Assembly: GCF_001194135.2 (NCBI RefSeq)
Contig: NC_068982.1
Coordinates: forward strand, 19,479,483 to 19,521,398
DNA from: Octopus bimaculoides
Lineage: Eukaryota
DNA: 41,916 nucleotides
Direction: 5' to 3'
Below, in pieces: positions 12,732 to 24,169 of this stretch. Every line of letters begins with the position of its first letter. Positions within the stretch are counted from its first letter, which is position 1. Under the pieces are notes generated by a model. That model ran no database searches and was not told where the DNA came from. It saw nothing but the letters and a program-made list of their open reading frames with translations. The position numbers were made by a program, and so were the translations under genes.

Positions 12732-13508
12732 ATTATCATTATTATTAGCATACGCACTGTGCATGGACGCACACATAAACACATACACACACATATATAT
12801 ATTGACAATATTTAAAATAGGAATTACTCCGAAGTATCAATAGCATTAACTTTAATTCTATAATTTTAGACCGTCTTTTAAAACCAACACATGTTTCAGT
12901 TGCACCGATTAGCAATCGTTGCGATTGCAGCCCTACTGAAAAACGGTATAGTCTCTTCGCGGTCTTCATTTTATATCCCTCGGTATGCTCCGTTTAATGA
13001 TTTTCAATTATAAACTCTGCGTTCTATAATTGAGAGCTCTCCGTTATGTCAGACGCGAACAATCTCTAGTTCAACGTCTCATTTCATAATCATTTTAAGT
13101 CCATCATTTCAAAACCTTTTAAATGATAATTATTCATTTGGATTTAGCAAATGTGAATTTCCTCATGTGAAAGTATCTCAATGCTTGCTCCTGTCTAGAA
13201 TATATTACATTACCCTTGGATATTGAATACATAACTGAGAGCGAACTGGTAATCATTTTGTGGTAATCCCTCACTTTTCACTAATATATATATACATATA
13301 TAAAATTATGCGTACATATGTGTATCATTTTTACACAAAGAAGATTTCCTGAGAGTTTCAATAAAAATGTTTGACAACATGAATAATTTTAGGAAAAACT
13401 AAAATACAAATTTACCCGTAGTTTGGCTTCAATATTTCTATTGCCTCTTTACGATTCCCCAATTTTTTTAATATCACATTAATCCTCAAAACAGGTTTGT
13501 GATACTAG

Positions 13509-13518
13509 GCTGCTGCTG

Positions 13519-13552
<34 letters not shown>
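13509..13552. repeat. Compound (TGC)n(TAC)n microsatellite
   Basis: Direct reading. Confidence 0.95.
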
Positions 13553-13555
<3 letters not shown>

Positions 13556-14087
13556 AGCTATTTTGTATCCGTTATATGAAATTATTTGCTGTTGCTTAGC
13601 AACAGTATAAAAAAGGAAAAGACCTAATCGGGCAGATATTTCATGCACGATAATTCAAGCCTCGTTAATTCCATCATTCTGTTTGTTACATCGTATTTTG
13701 TACGCTATTTGTTACTTAATGTTTCTTTCCGATTCAACTCAAGTAGCAAATCTTCAAAGAGTGTTTTTCATCTATTTCTTTGATATTTCCGATCCCGTAG
13801 TCATTTATCTCCATGACTTACGAAAATAATGAGCTTTGACATAGACATACGGCCACAACCATTTTAGTGGAGAATGTCAGGGCTTAAAATTGGCCTCAGT
13901 ATTTCCATGTTATTTATACCAGAGGGCATAATGAATACATAAGTTGGAGATTAAATAATTTGGGGTTTTCAATTCGATTTTCCCGCATTCATACTCTACT
14001 AACACTTAGTCACGAGCAGATAATCGCCCGAATGATGGTCTTTCTGCATGTAATAGCAATAATCAATCATACTAAGCAGAAATCCGG

Positions 14088-14270
14088 AAAAATTTGGGAG
14101 TATAGGTAGTTGATTACATCGTTGCTATTGTGAGGCTGGTCGATATTTCATAGACTCTGAATGGACGATTGACGGAATTGACTACGACGGAATATAATGA
14201 GCCCGTAAAACTAGAAGAAATGCCGCTAAGCATTATGACAAGCCTGCTAACGTTTGCTGTCTCGTCGCCT
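14088..14270 (-). mobile_element. Diverged SINE A copy
   Basis: gaaatgccgctaagcatt..gctaacgtttgctgtctcgtcgcctt matches the reversed head. Confidence 0.6.
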
Positions 14271-14304
14271 TGCTAAGGGTTACAACTGTAGAAACAAGAA
14301 CTCA

Positions 14305-14480
14305 AGGTTTGGGTATTGGAGTATGTAGGTTATATCGACACCTGTGCTGAACTGGTGCATATTCTATCGACCACGATTCATGAAAGGCAGTCAACCTCAT
14401 CTTAATTTGAGTTCAGAATGTGATGACGGACGAAATGTCACTAAACATTGTATCCGGCGTGCTAACATTTCACAGCACCT
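14305..14480 (-). mobile_element. Diverged SINE A copy
   Basis: ctatcgaccacgattcatgaaaggcagtcaacctc..gacggacgaaatgtcactaaacatt..ccggcgtgctaac. Confidence 0.6.
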
Positions 14481-15972
14481 TTCTCACCACTTTTCGCAGA
14501 CTTAATATTAATATCCATGTTTAACGACAACTGCCTTACAGAGCGAGCGTAATGCATGTGCGAATCGCTAACCGAGTGATTAGCAGTATTATAGTATGAC
14601 TGAAACATAATACATAAAATGCATTTATTTAGATTAATATTTTTATATTTTCTTTTCTTGACTCTTTTGATGATGTAACATACATCTGACCATCTTCGAA
14701 TAACTGTGTTGGGAGATGATATTTTTGACTAAATAATTTCAAGGTGTTACCACAGCATGACCGCAGGCTAACACAGTTTGAAAACTCAATTCTTTAGATA
14801 TTGTTTTTTCTTTTTTTTTTTGGCGGTATGTAATATAGTTAAAACTATTTTATTCGTTTTGTTTTTGCTGGGCTATTTTTTTTTTTTGCTTTATTACATT
14901 TTTTACGAACGTGAAGAAAAGCTACTTGTTTATATACGAAAATTGACATTTAATACAACAGCGAATCTCGTTATATTAAGCATTATAATTTCTGCTTAAT
15001 GTACAAATAAATTTTGTAATTTAATATATTTTTAATATTCATTTATAATTTCTTCAAAGAAATATGACATTTGTTTTTAATAATGTGGAGGGAAAAGAGG
15101 TAAACTGGACTCAGCCCCGAACTTCTTCAATCATTATGTTATTGATTCGCACACTGCTAATGTTCGTGCGTTTCCACGTTATATACTTTATTTCTTGTAG
15201 CCTGTGAATCATAATCTTATATATATGCTGTGATTATCAGCAGGTTGGCTAATCAATTACTTTTATTATATTTATTACATAAAATGGTGAGATATTCAAT
15301 CATTACACGTTACTCATTCGACCTTGACATACCACTAGTTAGTTTCACCTTGGCGGTTTGGAGGATTCCTTCAGAATATCTTGGATCCAGTTTCAAGCGT
15401 ATTGCACATCATTTTGGGAAAGTACGTTTTAGCCTAAACATAGTATGACCAAAGAGATTTTAGTAAAATCATTTGGAAACTTCGAACTAAGCATTATTCG
15501 TGTCACTATTTCTAACATCACTACTTGGTTTTCGTAATCTTCAAGGAAATCTAACCTGTTGCGCGGATACGAAACATGAATCCGCATTGAAAACAGCATT
15601 CTCATTCATTCCGCAAATTTCGAAACAAGACACATACAGCACTTCCTCCTCTGAAACAAGATAGATGCTTCTCAGAACAAGATAGATGCTGCAGTTTCTC
15701 CTCTGACTTAGCCATTAAAAATACAAATTCGGTACTTCTGTTGTGAAACTGATGCTTCCAGTAGATTCGACTTTTGAACTAAAATTTTATATAACTCATT
15801 TATTTGCTAGGCAATGGGTAGTTGCATGTTATATATTTACTTATTTTTTATCACTTTATTATGCCCAAGTCTACATGTAGACAATATGAAAATTGCCTCT
15901 CTCTGCTACACTACCATACACTAACGATTGAAACGAAAAAGCAATCAACTATGGCATCTATTCCCCTCACAT

Positions 15973-16045
15973 CTATCTATCTATCTATATATCTATCTAT
16001 CTATCTATCTATCTTTCTATCCGTATGTCTGTCTGTCTATTTAAC

Positions 16046-16109
<64 letters not shown>

Positions 16110-16258
16110 NNNNNNNNNNNNNNNNNNNNNNNNNNNNNNNNNNNNNNNNNNNNNNNNNNNNNNNNNNNNNNNNNNNNNNNNNNNNNNNNNNNNNNNNNNN
16201 NNNNNNNNNNNNNNNNNNNNNNNNNNNNNNNNNNNNNNAGAGAGAGAGAGAGAGAGAG

Positions 16259-16293
<35 letters not shown>
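15973..16293. repeat. (TATC)n, (CT)n, (TA)n, gap, (GA)n compound array
   Basis: Direct reading. Confidence 0.95.
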
Positions 16294-16297
<4 letters not shown>

Positions 16298-16657
16298 AAG
16301 TGTATTTGCAGATAAACACAGATATGTGCTGGAGGATACACATGCATTCTCATGCACAGCAATTATAGCTGATGCAGACATATCTATTCTATATCATTTT
16401 TGAACAATTCAGTCTTAATTCTATGACTAATTAGGCTATTGAACGCATGATCAAACGTTTATTATTATTGTAAAAATACATGGTAATGTTCATTCAAATA
16501 ACGTTCCCAATTGTTATTATTATTCGCTTTTTTAGACGTTCGTAAAATGTAGAACAAGCTCCTGAAAGAAGCGAGTTTAACTTTCATGGATCTGTTTACC
16601 TCTTATGGAGTAAATACCTTAATAGTCTACGAGGTAGGCTCTAAGGAAATTTCATAC

Positions 16658-16803
16658 CTGATATAGAGATGTCTGCCAATTCCCTCATCAGTCGCAGCCT
16701 GGCCTGCGCCGTGTCAACAGGCTTATTCTGTCGCTGCTTATCTCGGTTTCTGAAAGGTTTCATTAACTGAGGACCCAAGACGGCCCTCTGCACAGAATAC
16801 CGT
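16658..16803 (-). other. Candidate coding exon of an unidentified minus-strand gene
   Basis: 146 nt, 51% GC in AT-rich background; acceptor ttttgtttgcaacAG, donor cag/GTATGA; one open frame RYSVQRAVLGPQLMKPFRNRDKQRQNKPVDTAQARLRLMRELADISIS. No family recognised. Confidence 0.35.
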
Positions 16804-19434
16804 CTGTTGCAAACAAAATCTTCCACTATTGTTGATACTCCTTTTTACATGAGTAATAGAAAATGAACGTGCATTGCTCAGGAACGTGCATGGGGTCCTG
16901 GGATTCAGACACATGACATTAAAATCGTGAATCTGGCAATATAATCATTCGGTCACGCCTCCCCTTATTTAGACTATAATTTCTATGTAACGTTTGCCGG
17001 ATCCAGTGTAAAGACAGAATGCATGAAAATATATATCCAAATGTGCTACGGAATGCAAGAATCTCCGTTCCGCAATTTAAACAAGGTCAAATTATTTAAT
17101 AGAAATCTGGATATATTCGCAAAATATGGTTACAATTTCAGCAGGAGATAACTTAAAACAGAAGGTACATTTATAAAGGAAAGTCACCATTTGTATTTCT
17201 AGAATGGATTTCACGTGCGATTTCACATGCGATAGTGAAGACAGCAACGACGACCACGTCGAAGACTACACGCCGCCGACAGCGTTACTTCATTTGTGTG
17301 ATGTGGAAGATATTCTATCAATATTGCACAAATGGTGCTGGCATCAATTTTAAAATCCACCAAAGACTTGACCCCAGTGCTCTCCACCCACTAAAAAAAA
17401 ATCAGGGCACACAACAGTATAACGACACAATTACTTTACTTCAACCGGTCCAGCTCTCTTTAATATTATACTTGAATATAAACAGCCGGGAGAAATACGA
17501 ACTGAAAACTGATTTTCGGACATTTCTAACGAATTTTCAGGCTCACTGACTTGATAGCAATTATCTATAATACAAGCAGAAGGCCTTCAGTTTAAGACAG
17601 AGTCTACGTAAAGCGATACAACTGACTTCAGTACTTGACTTAATCGAGCACGCAGAGATGAAAAGCAATGTTGATATCCAAATATCTTTTTGTTTACAAA
17701 ATTTGAAAAGCTACGGTACTTAATATACGCTTTAAATATTGGTACTATTCTTCCTTTTAGCATTCCACATATTCATTACATATTTGTTTCAAGCAAATAT
17801 TTTGTTAAATAAATTTCAATTGTGCATTGAATATAATAAACATCCATCTGACTATAATTTCTGAAATGAATTAATGCACNNNNNNNNNNNNNNNNNNNNN
17901 NNNNNNNNNNNNNNNNNNNNNNNNNNNNNNNNNNNNNNNNNNNNNNNNNNNNNNNNNNNNNNNNNNNNNNNNNNNNNNNNNNNNNNNNNNNNNNNNNNNN
18001 NNNNNNNNNNNNNNNNNNNNNNNNNNNNNNNNNNNNNNNNNNNNNNNNNNNNNNNNNNNNNNNNNNNNNNNNNNNNNNNNNNNNNNNNNNNNNNNNNNNN
18101 NNNNNNNNNNNNNNNNNNNNNNNNNNNNNNNNNNNNNNNNNNNNNNNNNNNNNNNNNNNNNNNNNNNNNNNNNNNNNNNNNNNNNNNNNNNNNNNNNNNN
18201 NNNNNNNNNNNNNNNNNNNNNNNNNNNNNNNNNNNNNNNNNNNNNNNNNNNNNNNNNNNNNNNNNNNNNNNNNNNNNNNNNNNNNNNNNNNNNNNNNNNN
18301 NNNNNNNNNNNNNNNNNNNNNNNNNNNNNNNNNNNNNNNNNNNNNNNNNNNNNNNNNNNNNNNNNNNNNNNNNNNNNNNNNNNNNNNNNNNNNNNNNNNN
18401 NNNNNNNNNNNNNNNNNNNNNNNNNNNNNNNNNNNNNNNNNNNNNNNNNNNNNNNNNNNNNNNNNNNNNNNNNNNNNNNNNNNNNNNNNNNNNNNNNNNN
18501 NNNNNNNNNNNNNNNNNNNNNNNNNNNNNNNNNNNNNNNNNNNNNNNNNNNNNNNNNNAGAGAGAGAGAGAGAGAGAGACTGTATTTGTGTACCTTTAAT
18601 GCAAATGGAATACTTTCACTCTTTACAGGTTAATTATACAAACAGTCGTCGCATGCACCGATAGTTTACTGACACATCTATTATTAACATTGATGTAGCA
18701 AAATAATCAATAACAATCAGTATTTATTCACTTGGATGTATTTTATGCTAGTCATTTCCGGTTTGGAAAATTCCTTTTATCTTCTAATATTAACATTTTC
18801 CCAAGTACTTCTATTTATAATATGGCAACCCTGGATTATTTAACGGATTCTAAATATATCTGATATGTGATATGTCATTAAATTATAATATTATTAAAGA
18901 GAATATTCCTGTAGCGTATTAGTGCATCACTGAACTAATATTAAAAAGCAGAAAGAGAAATGAAATCTGATATATAAGCCATGTCATTGTTTCACGCCAG
19001 AAAACATTAACTCTGATACGTTTTATTAATAACCTAATTGTTATATTTTCTTTTAATGCATTTACTTTTTACTTCAAAATGAATTACACAGAATATCCAT
19101 TTCATAAATTTGAAGACAACGGTTTAGAAATATATTAAGATAACGGTTTTTAGGAAAAATATTCTTTAATTTTTGTCATTCCCAATCTCTTGAGTACCAT
19201 TAGATATTTTGAGTAAAAATCGTTTTTCACTATATTTGTCTGACAATGGATGTCATACCAGGGGCAAAACGCAATGTTCGAAACGGGTGTTTCGGTCATA
19301 TTAATAAACAGATTTCGGATATTTGTCAAAATATCTATTAAAGGCATATTGGTTCCAAATTTTACCAGCAAGTTCGAGGTAGTTGGCAAGTCAATTACAT
19401 TGAACTTAGAGTTCAAATTGTATTTATTTTATTG

Positions 19435-19553
19435 ACTCAGAAATGTTGAAAGAGGAAGTCGATCGGATGAATTTGAACTTAGAACGTAAAGACGGACGAA
19501 ATAGCACTAAGCATTTTTCCCTTCGTACAAACGATTCTGATAGCTCGCCGACT
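19435..19553 (-). mobile_element. SINE A 5' half
   Basis: gaatttgaacttagaacgtaaagacggacgaaat..acgattctgatagctcgccg. Confidence 0.7.
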
Positions 19554-19574
19554 TAAAATAACATTGGATTCAAA

Positions 19575-19760
19575 TTCTGGTAGACAGCAAGAAGTTTCAA
19601 GGGGGGAGAGTAACTGCATCAGATCGACCACAGTTATCTATTTACTTCTTTTACCGAGCCCGAATATATGAAAGGTAGTTGAACTCAGAGCATAAAGACG
19701 GACGAAATGCTGCAAGGCATTTTGCCCGGCGTGATAACGATTTTCCCAGCTCACCGTCTC
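19575..19760 (-). mobile_element. SINE A copy with internal deletion, tail type B
   Basis: ttgaactcagagcataaagacggacgaaatgc..ttgcccggcgtgataacgattttcccagctcaccg. Confidence 0.7.
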
Positions 19761-20238
19761 CCATTAAAGAAATATTAACAACATCTAGATTATTTGAAAG
19801 GCAGAAAATCCGTTAATATTTATGAATTATATCACAGATAAAATGCTATGCTGCAATAGAATATTAAATGAAATTGATGAACCCGCATTTCATGAACTGC
19901 GTTTGTTTTTATTGATCTGAATCTTCTATTCTATTTTAGCTACATCTCTAATGCGACATTGGATAGTGAATTCGAGTTCGTATTTCACTACTGTCAAATG
20001 ATTATTTTCAAATTCAAAAACAACGAAAAAATATACCCACCATTTTCAAAATGTATTTCAAATGCTGCAAATAATGTTTGTTATAAAAGGTTGGCAGTAC
20101 ACACTAGGTTGACGTACATTTCCCAAATTTTTAGATTTATAGTAACATAGAAGGTTCCAGATGCATGGCATATCCAACAATGAGACCGACTAATTAATGC
20201 AGAAAAATTCTCTCTCAGGAGGGAATTATGAAATTTAT

Positions 20239-20296
<58 letters not shown>

Positions 20297-20297
<1 letters not shown>

Positions 20298-20509
20298 CCT
20301 TTCTACTATAGGCGCAAGGCCTGAAATTTATAGAGAAGAGTCTAGACGATTCCATCGACCTCCAGTACTCAACTCGTACTTAATTTATCGACCCCGAAAG
20401 GATGGAAGAAGTCAGCCTCAGCGGAATTTGAACTCAAAGCATAGCGGCAGACGAAATACCGCTAAACATTTCGCCCGGCGTGCTAAGGATTCTACCATCT
20501 TACAGCCTT
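20297..20509 (-). mobile_element. SINE A copy, tail type B, between two (AAT)n tracts
   Basis: Near-consensus core; (AAT)n at 20240-20297 and 20515-20583. Confidence 0.9.
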
Positions 20510-20513
20510 CATT

Positions 20514-20583
<70 letters not shown>

Positions 20584-20585
<2 letters not shown>

Positions 20586-20935
20586 GCCGCAATGCAATGC
20601 CAGGAACTGGCTCTCAGGAAATCTGATCTTAACTGATGGAAGTGTTATCATATACATTGATTTTGCCTTGGTATAAAAGATGGGCTATGGTAGATAGTCT
20701 CTTCAGTACCACATATTTGCTTGTGAGTTGTTTGACTTTAACTCCTTAGTGGCTGCCAATATGTGCACCTCTGACCACGAGCAGGAGTAGTTGGGGAGCA
20801 CCGTAGCCGTATGTTGAGAGGAATTCTTTGGGGTTTGGATGATTCACCATTGGAGACATGAGTGTTTCGTTCCACATCCTTAAACAAACCTTATTGATAG
20901 ACCTTTTGAGCAGCATGGGCTGCTCTCTCACTAAG
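20584..20935. repeat. Unclassified probable interspersed repeat bounded by (AAT)n on both sides
   Basis: GC-elevated non-coding block between two AAT tracts inside a retroelement cluster. No second copy in the window; repeat status is inferred. Confidence 0.4.
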
Positions 20936-20987
20936 TAATAATAATAATAACAATATAGTCAGGCTTAATAACAATAATAATAATAAT

Positions 20988-21532
20988 AATATAGTCAGGC
21001 TTGTCTTTGGACACTTTGCAACAAGTATGCACTTGACAGAACAAGAAGTTGGTACGACCACAAACCTGAAGGCATCGTCGAAAATAGAATGAAACGATCC
21101 TATGGGATTTTATGATTCAGTGCGACCATGAGATAGAGAATAGGACGCCAAACATAGTCTTAATTGAGAATGAACACAAACTAAGCCATATCATAGATAT
21201 TGCATGCCCAGGTATGCGGTAAGGAAGAAATAAATGTTGAGAGATATGACAGATTGGCTTAGAAAGTTAAGCAGTTGTGGCCGAGGAAAAAGGTAGCAGT
21301 AGTACCAATAATTGTCGGAACCCTGGGAACAGTGAGCAAAAATCTCGAGAAGTAAGTGGAACAAATAAGGGCTGCAACAAGGGTGGAGTACTTGCAGAAA
21401 GTAGCACTGTTTGGAACCGCTCAAATGTTCCGGAAGGTACTCGATAGATAAAAGGTGCTACCTTAGTTCACTGGGAGTGAACAGCTGACGCGGTTGTACA
21501 CCTCCGGCATTAGAAGCTGTACAAAGGCAATG
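20988..21532 (+). mobile_element. 5'-truncated degenerate R4/Dong-like retrotransposon with 3'UTR
   Basis: Frameshifted translation: IVRLV-WTLCNKYALDRTRSWYDHKPEGIVEN / ILWDFMIQCDHEIENRTPNIVLI..IIDIACPG / VPIIVGTLGTVSKNL..LQKVALFGTAQMFRKVLDR* (stop 21449-21451). (AAT)n on both sides. Confidence 0.88.
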
Positions 21533-21579
21533 ATAATAATAATAATAATTTGAACTCTCAATATGTACTATGATAATGA

Positions 21580-22364
21580 TGAGATGGAGAAAGCTTGTCA
21601 AGAGAGAAGGCATATGGTTTCCAAGTTGTGAACACTAAATAACACTAAAAAAAGAGACCGAAAGCACTATACTTGCAGTGGAAGACCAAGTTTTGACCAC
21701 GAACTGGAGGGTCAACCTGAACAATGTGCCTGTGTCTCCGCTGTGCCACATCTGTAATAGATTGGACGAAACCATTGCACATATCACAAACGATTGCCTT
21801 AGACTAGCCCAAAACTACTACAAGTTGTCGCGACACGATCAGGTAGTGAAAGTGCTATACTGGAAGCAGTGGGAAAAATGGGGGCTAGAGAGATGCAAGA
21901 CGTGGTATGAATACAAACTGCAAAGAGTAGCGGAGGCAGAGACTAGCAAAATCCTCTGGGATTTCCCAATCTAACCAGATTAGGTGCCAGAGCATAACAG
22001 ACCGGACTTCCCGGTGGTTGACAAGATGCACCACATGTGCTATAGCTGATGTTGCGATGCCCCTTTGACCCAGAAATAGTCAAGGAAGAAGGCGTTAGAA
22101 TTAGATAACTTCAACCCAGCTATGGAAAATGAAGAGGTCAAGGTAGTGCCAATTATTGCTGTGTCCTTGGCATCAGGTGTAATATAAAGGAAATTGGAAT
22201 AAAGGGCTCAGTAGAACTGTTACAAAAGATGTGCACGGCCAAAATAACCAGGACGGTATCAGATAACCGAAAAGAACGGATAGCATGGTACCGTAGGCTG
22301 CAGATAGCAAGCCCGCTACGCAAACAAGACTCCAGCAGTTCCAACAAAACCAGTGATCAAAAGA
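21580..22364 (+). mobile_element. Second degenerate R4/Dong-like retrotransposon fragment (CCHC knuckle plus REL), different subfamily
   Basis: LKKETESTILAVEDQVLTT; CCHC CHICNRLDETIAHITNDC (21744-21797); RHDQVVKVLYW; WYEYK; KILWDFPI; HNRPD; VPII; ends in (AAC)n(AAT)n at 22365-22460. Confidence 0.88.
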
Positions 22365-22391
22365 AACAACAACAACAACAACAACAATAAC

Positions 22392-22460
<69 letters not shown>
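22365..22460. repeat. (AAC)n(AAT)n tract at the 3' end of a retrotransposon fragment
   Basis: Direct reading. Confidence 0.97.
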
Positions 22461-23377
22461 TCACTTGCTAAAGTTTAGTTTAATAATAACAGCTGATATT
22501 AAAAGAATCGAGTTTCAAAAAATATGTTAATGCATTTGAGTGAATAGAGTTAAAATTCGAGAAATTTAAAATAATGTAACTCAGTTTTGTTTTGTTGCTA
22601 GATGTCATTTCGTATTTATTTTTGTCTTTTGCCAAACGAGAAGCATAAGAACGCCTAACACATAATAATACGTAGTATTTGTGTCACAATTCTGTGGTTT
22701 CTCAAGAAATTCTTAGGAGGAAATTGCTAGCCATTGTATCAACCAATAAATATTATTCTAATCGTGCAGAGTGTTGAATCTTCAATAAACCGCAAAACAT
22801 TTTTTTTCTTCCACTTCATTCAGTACTTCCTAGCAAAAATGACAAAACAAATGCTATTATTCAAACAAGCTACAATAAAAAAAAGTATGTCTTGTCTCTA
22901 GTGGAGTGGCATAACAAAAGATAAAATGTAATAATAAAATAAATAATTTTAATTAGTAAAAAAAATTCTCGTTAAAAGATATTTGTATTATAATTTGCAT
23001 GTTTTATACCCTATATCTTTCCTTTCTAATGTTCTTAGGTTTCAACATTATGGCGATATGTATCATTGTATCACATCGTTGTATGCATTGTGTGCTTGGT
23101 AATTGATTAAAGAAATCCCAGAAATGCAATAACATCAATAATTGGTCTTTAAGGAACATTCAAAACGTTGCTGATGTCAATTCAATTGTAATTGTAGAGA
23201 ACACAACAATGATAGGGAGTGCGTTTTGTGAAACAATATTCTGTCCTTCATATATTGTAATATCTTTGTCTGAGACGTTACAGCAACATAAAAACAATAA
23301 AATAGAGAAAAACACATAATGAAAATTAGTTACAATAATAAACACAATAATAATAACAATGTTGATAATACAAATTA

Positions 23378-23535
23378 TCTTCTTCTTCTTCCTCTCCTTC
23401 CTTTTCCACTGCTTCTTCTTCCTCTCCTTCTTCTTCTTCTTCTTCTTCTTCTTCTTCTTCTTCTTCTTCTTCTTCTTCTTCTTCTTCTTCTTCTTCTTCT
23501 TCTTCTTCTTCTTCTTCTTCGTCTTTTTCTTCTAC

Positions 23536-23582
<47 letters not shown>

Positions 23583-23630
23583 ATCACCCCCTCCTCCTCA
23601 TGATCATCATGATCATCATGATCATCATCA
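23378..23630. repeat. Compound (CTT)n, (ATT)n, (CAT/GAT)n microsatellite
   Basis: Pure (CTT)n at 23427-23520; (ATT)n at 23537-23580. Confidence 0.97.
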
Positions 23631-23637
23631 GCTTCAA

Positions 23638-23822
23638 GGCGCCGACCTGGCAGAATTATTAGTAAGCCGGGTAAAATGCTTAGCGGCATTTATTTCATCG
23701 GACCTTACTTTCTGATATCAAATTCCGCCGAGTTCGACTTTGCCTTTCATCCTTTCGAAATTGATAATTTAAGTACCAGTTGAGTACTGGGGTCCCAAAA
23801 TTGTTGTGCCAAAATTTGAAAC
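23638..23822 (+). mobile_element. SINE A copy, tail type B, followed by (ATT)n
   Basis: ggcgccgacctggcagaattattag..ttcaaattccgccgag..tttcatcctttcg..gccaaaatttgaaactattatt. Confidence 0.85.
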
Positions 23823-23831
23823 TATTATTAC

Positions 23832-23886
<55 letters not shown>

Positions 23887-23917
23887 GCTGTTGCCGGTGT
23901 TGCTGTTATTTTTTTAA

Positions 23918-24070
23918 AACGCCGGACAAATTACCGGGCAGTATTTCGTCCGTATTTTTAATACGTTTCATCCAGTCGCCGTCGATAAAACAAGTACCAG
24001 TCATACACTGCAGTCAATGAAATCAATTACCCGCTTCACAGCAAAATTTCAGGTGTCATGCCCATAGTAA
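23918..24070 (+). mobile_element. Diverged, internally deleted SINE A copy
   Basis: acgccggacaaat..gtatttcgtccg..gtcgataaaacaagtaccag..aaaatttcagg. Confidence 0.55.
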
Positions 24071-24169
24071 TTTTTTTTTTTACTTTGTTTTTATAGCTAG
24101 AACAAAGTAAATTGCGACACTATTCAACATTTCAGAAAATTAATATCGTAATATTTGCAATATGAAAAT

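Noticed and set aside
13822-13882. 61-nt minus-strand AG..GTAAGT segment
   Set aside because: Weak pyrimidine tract, background GC and an unconvincing peptide.
14690-14780. Possible 3' ends of a further SINE family (also 26760-26840 and 5780-5880)
   Set aside because: Resemble recalled octopus repeats but are too short and diverged to support from this window alone.
23319-23715. Poly-L/F/R/I/E/S ORFs here and at 37959-38262, 20197-20657 and 9797-10216
   Set aside because: Translations of stop-free microsatellites.
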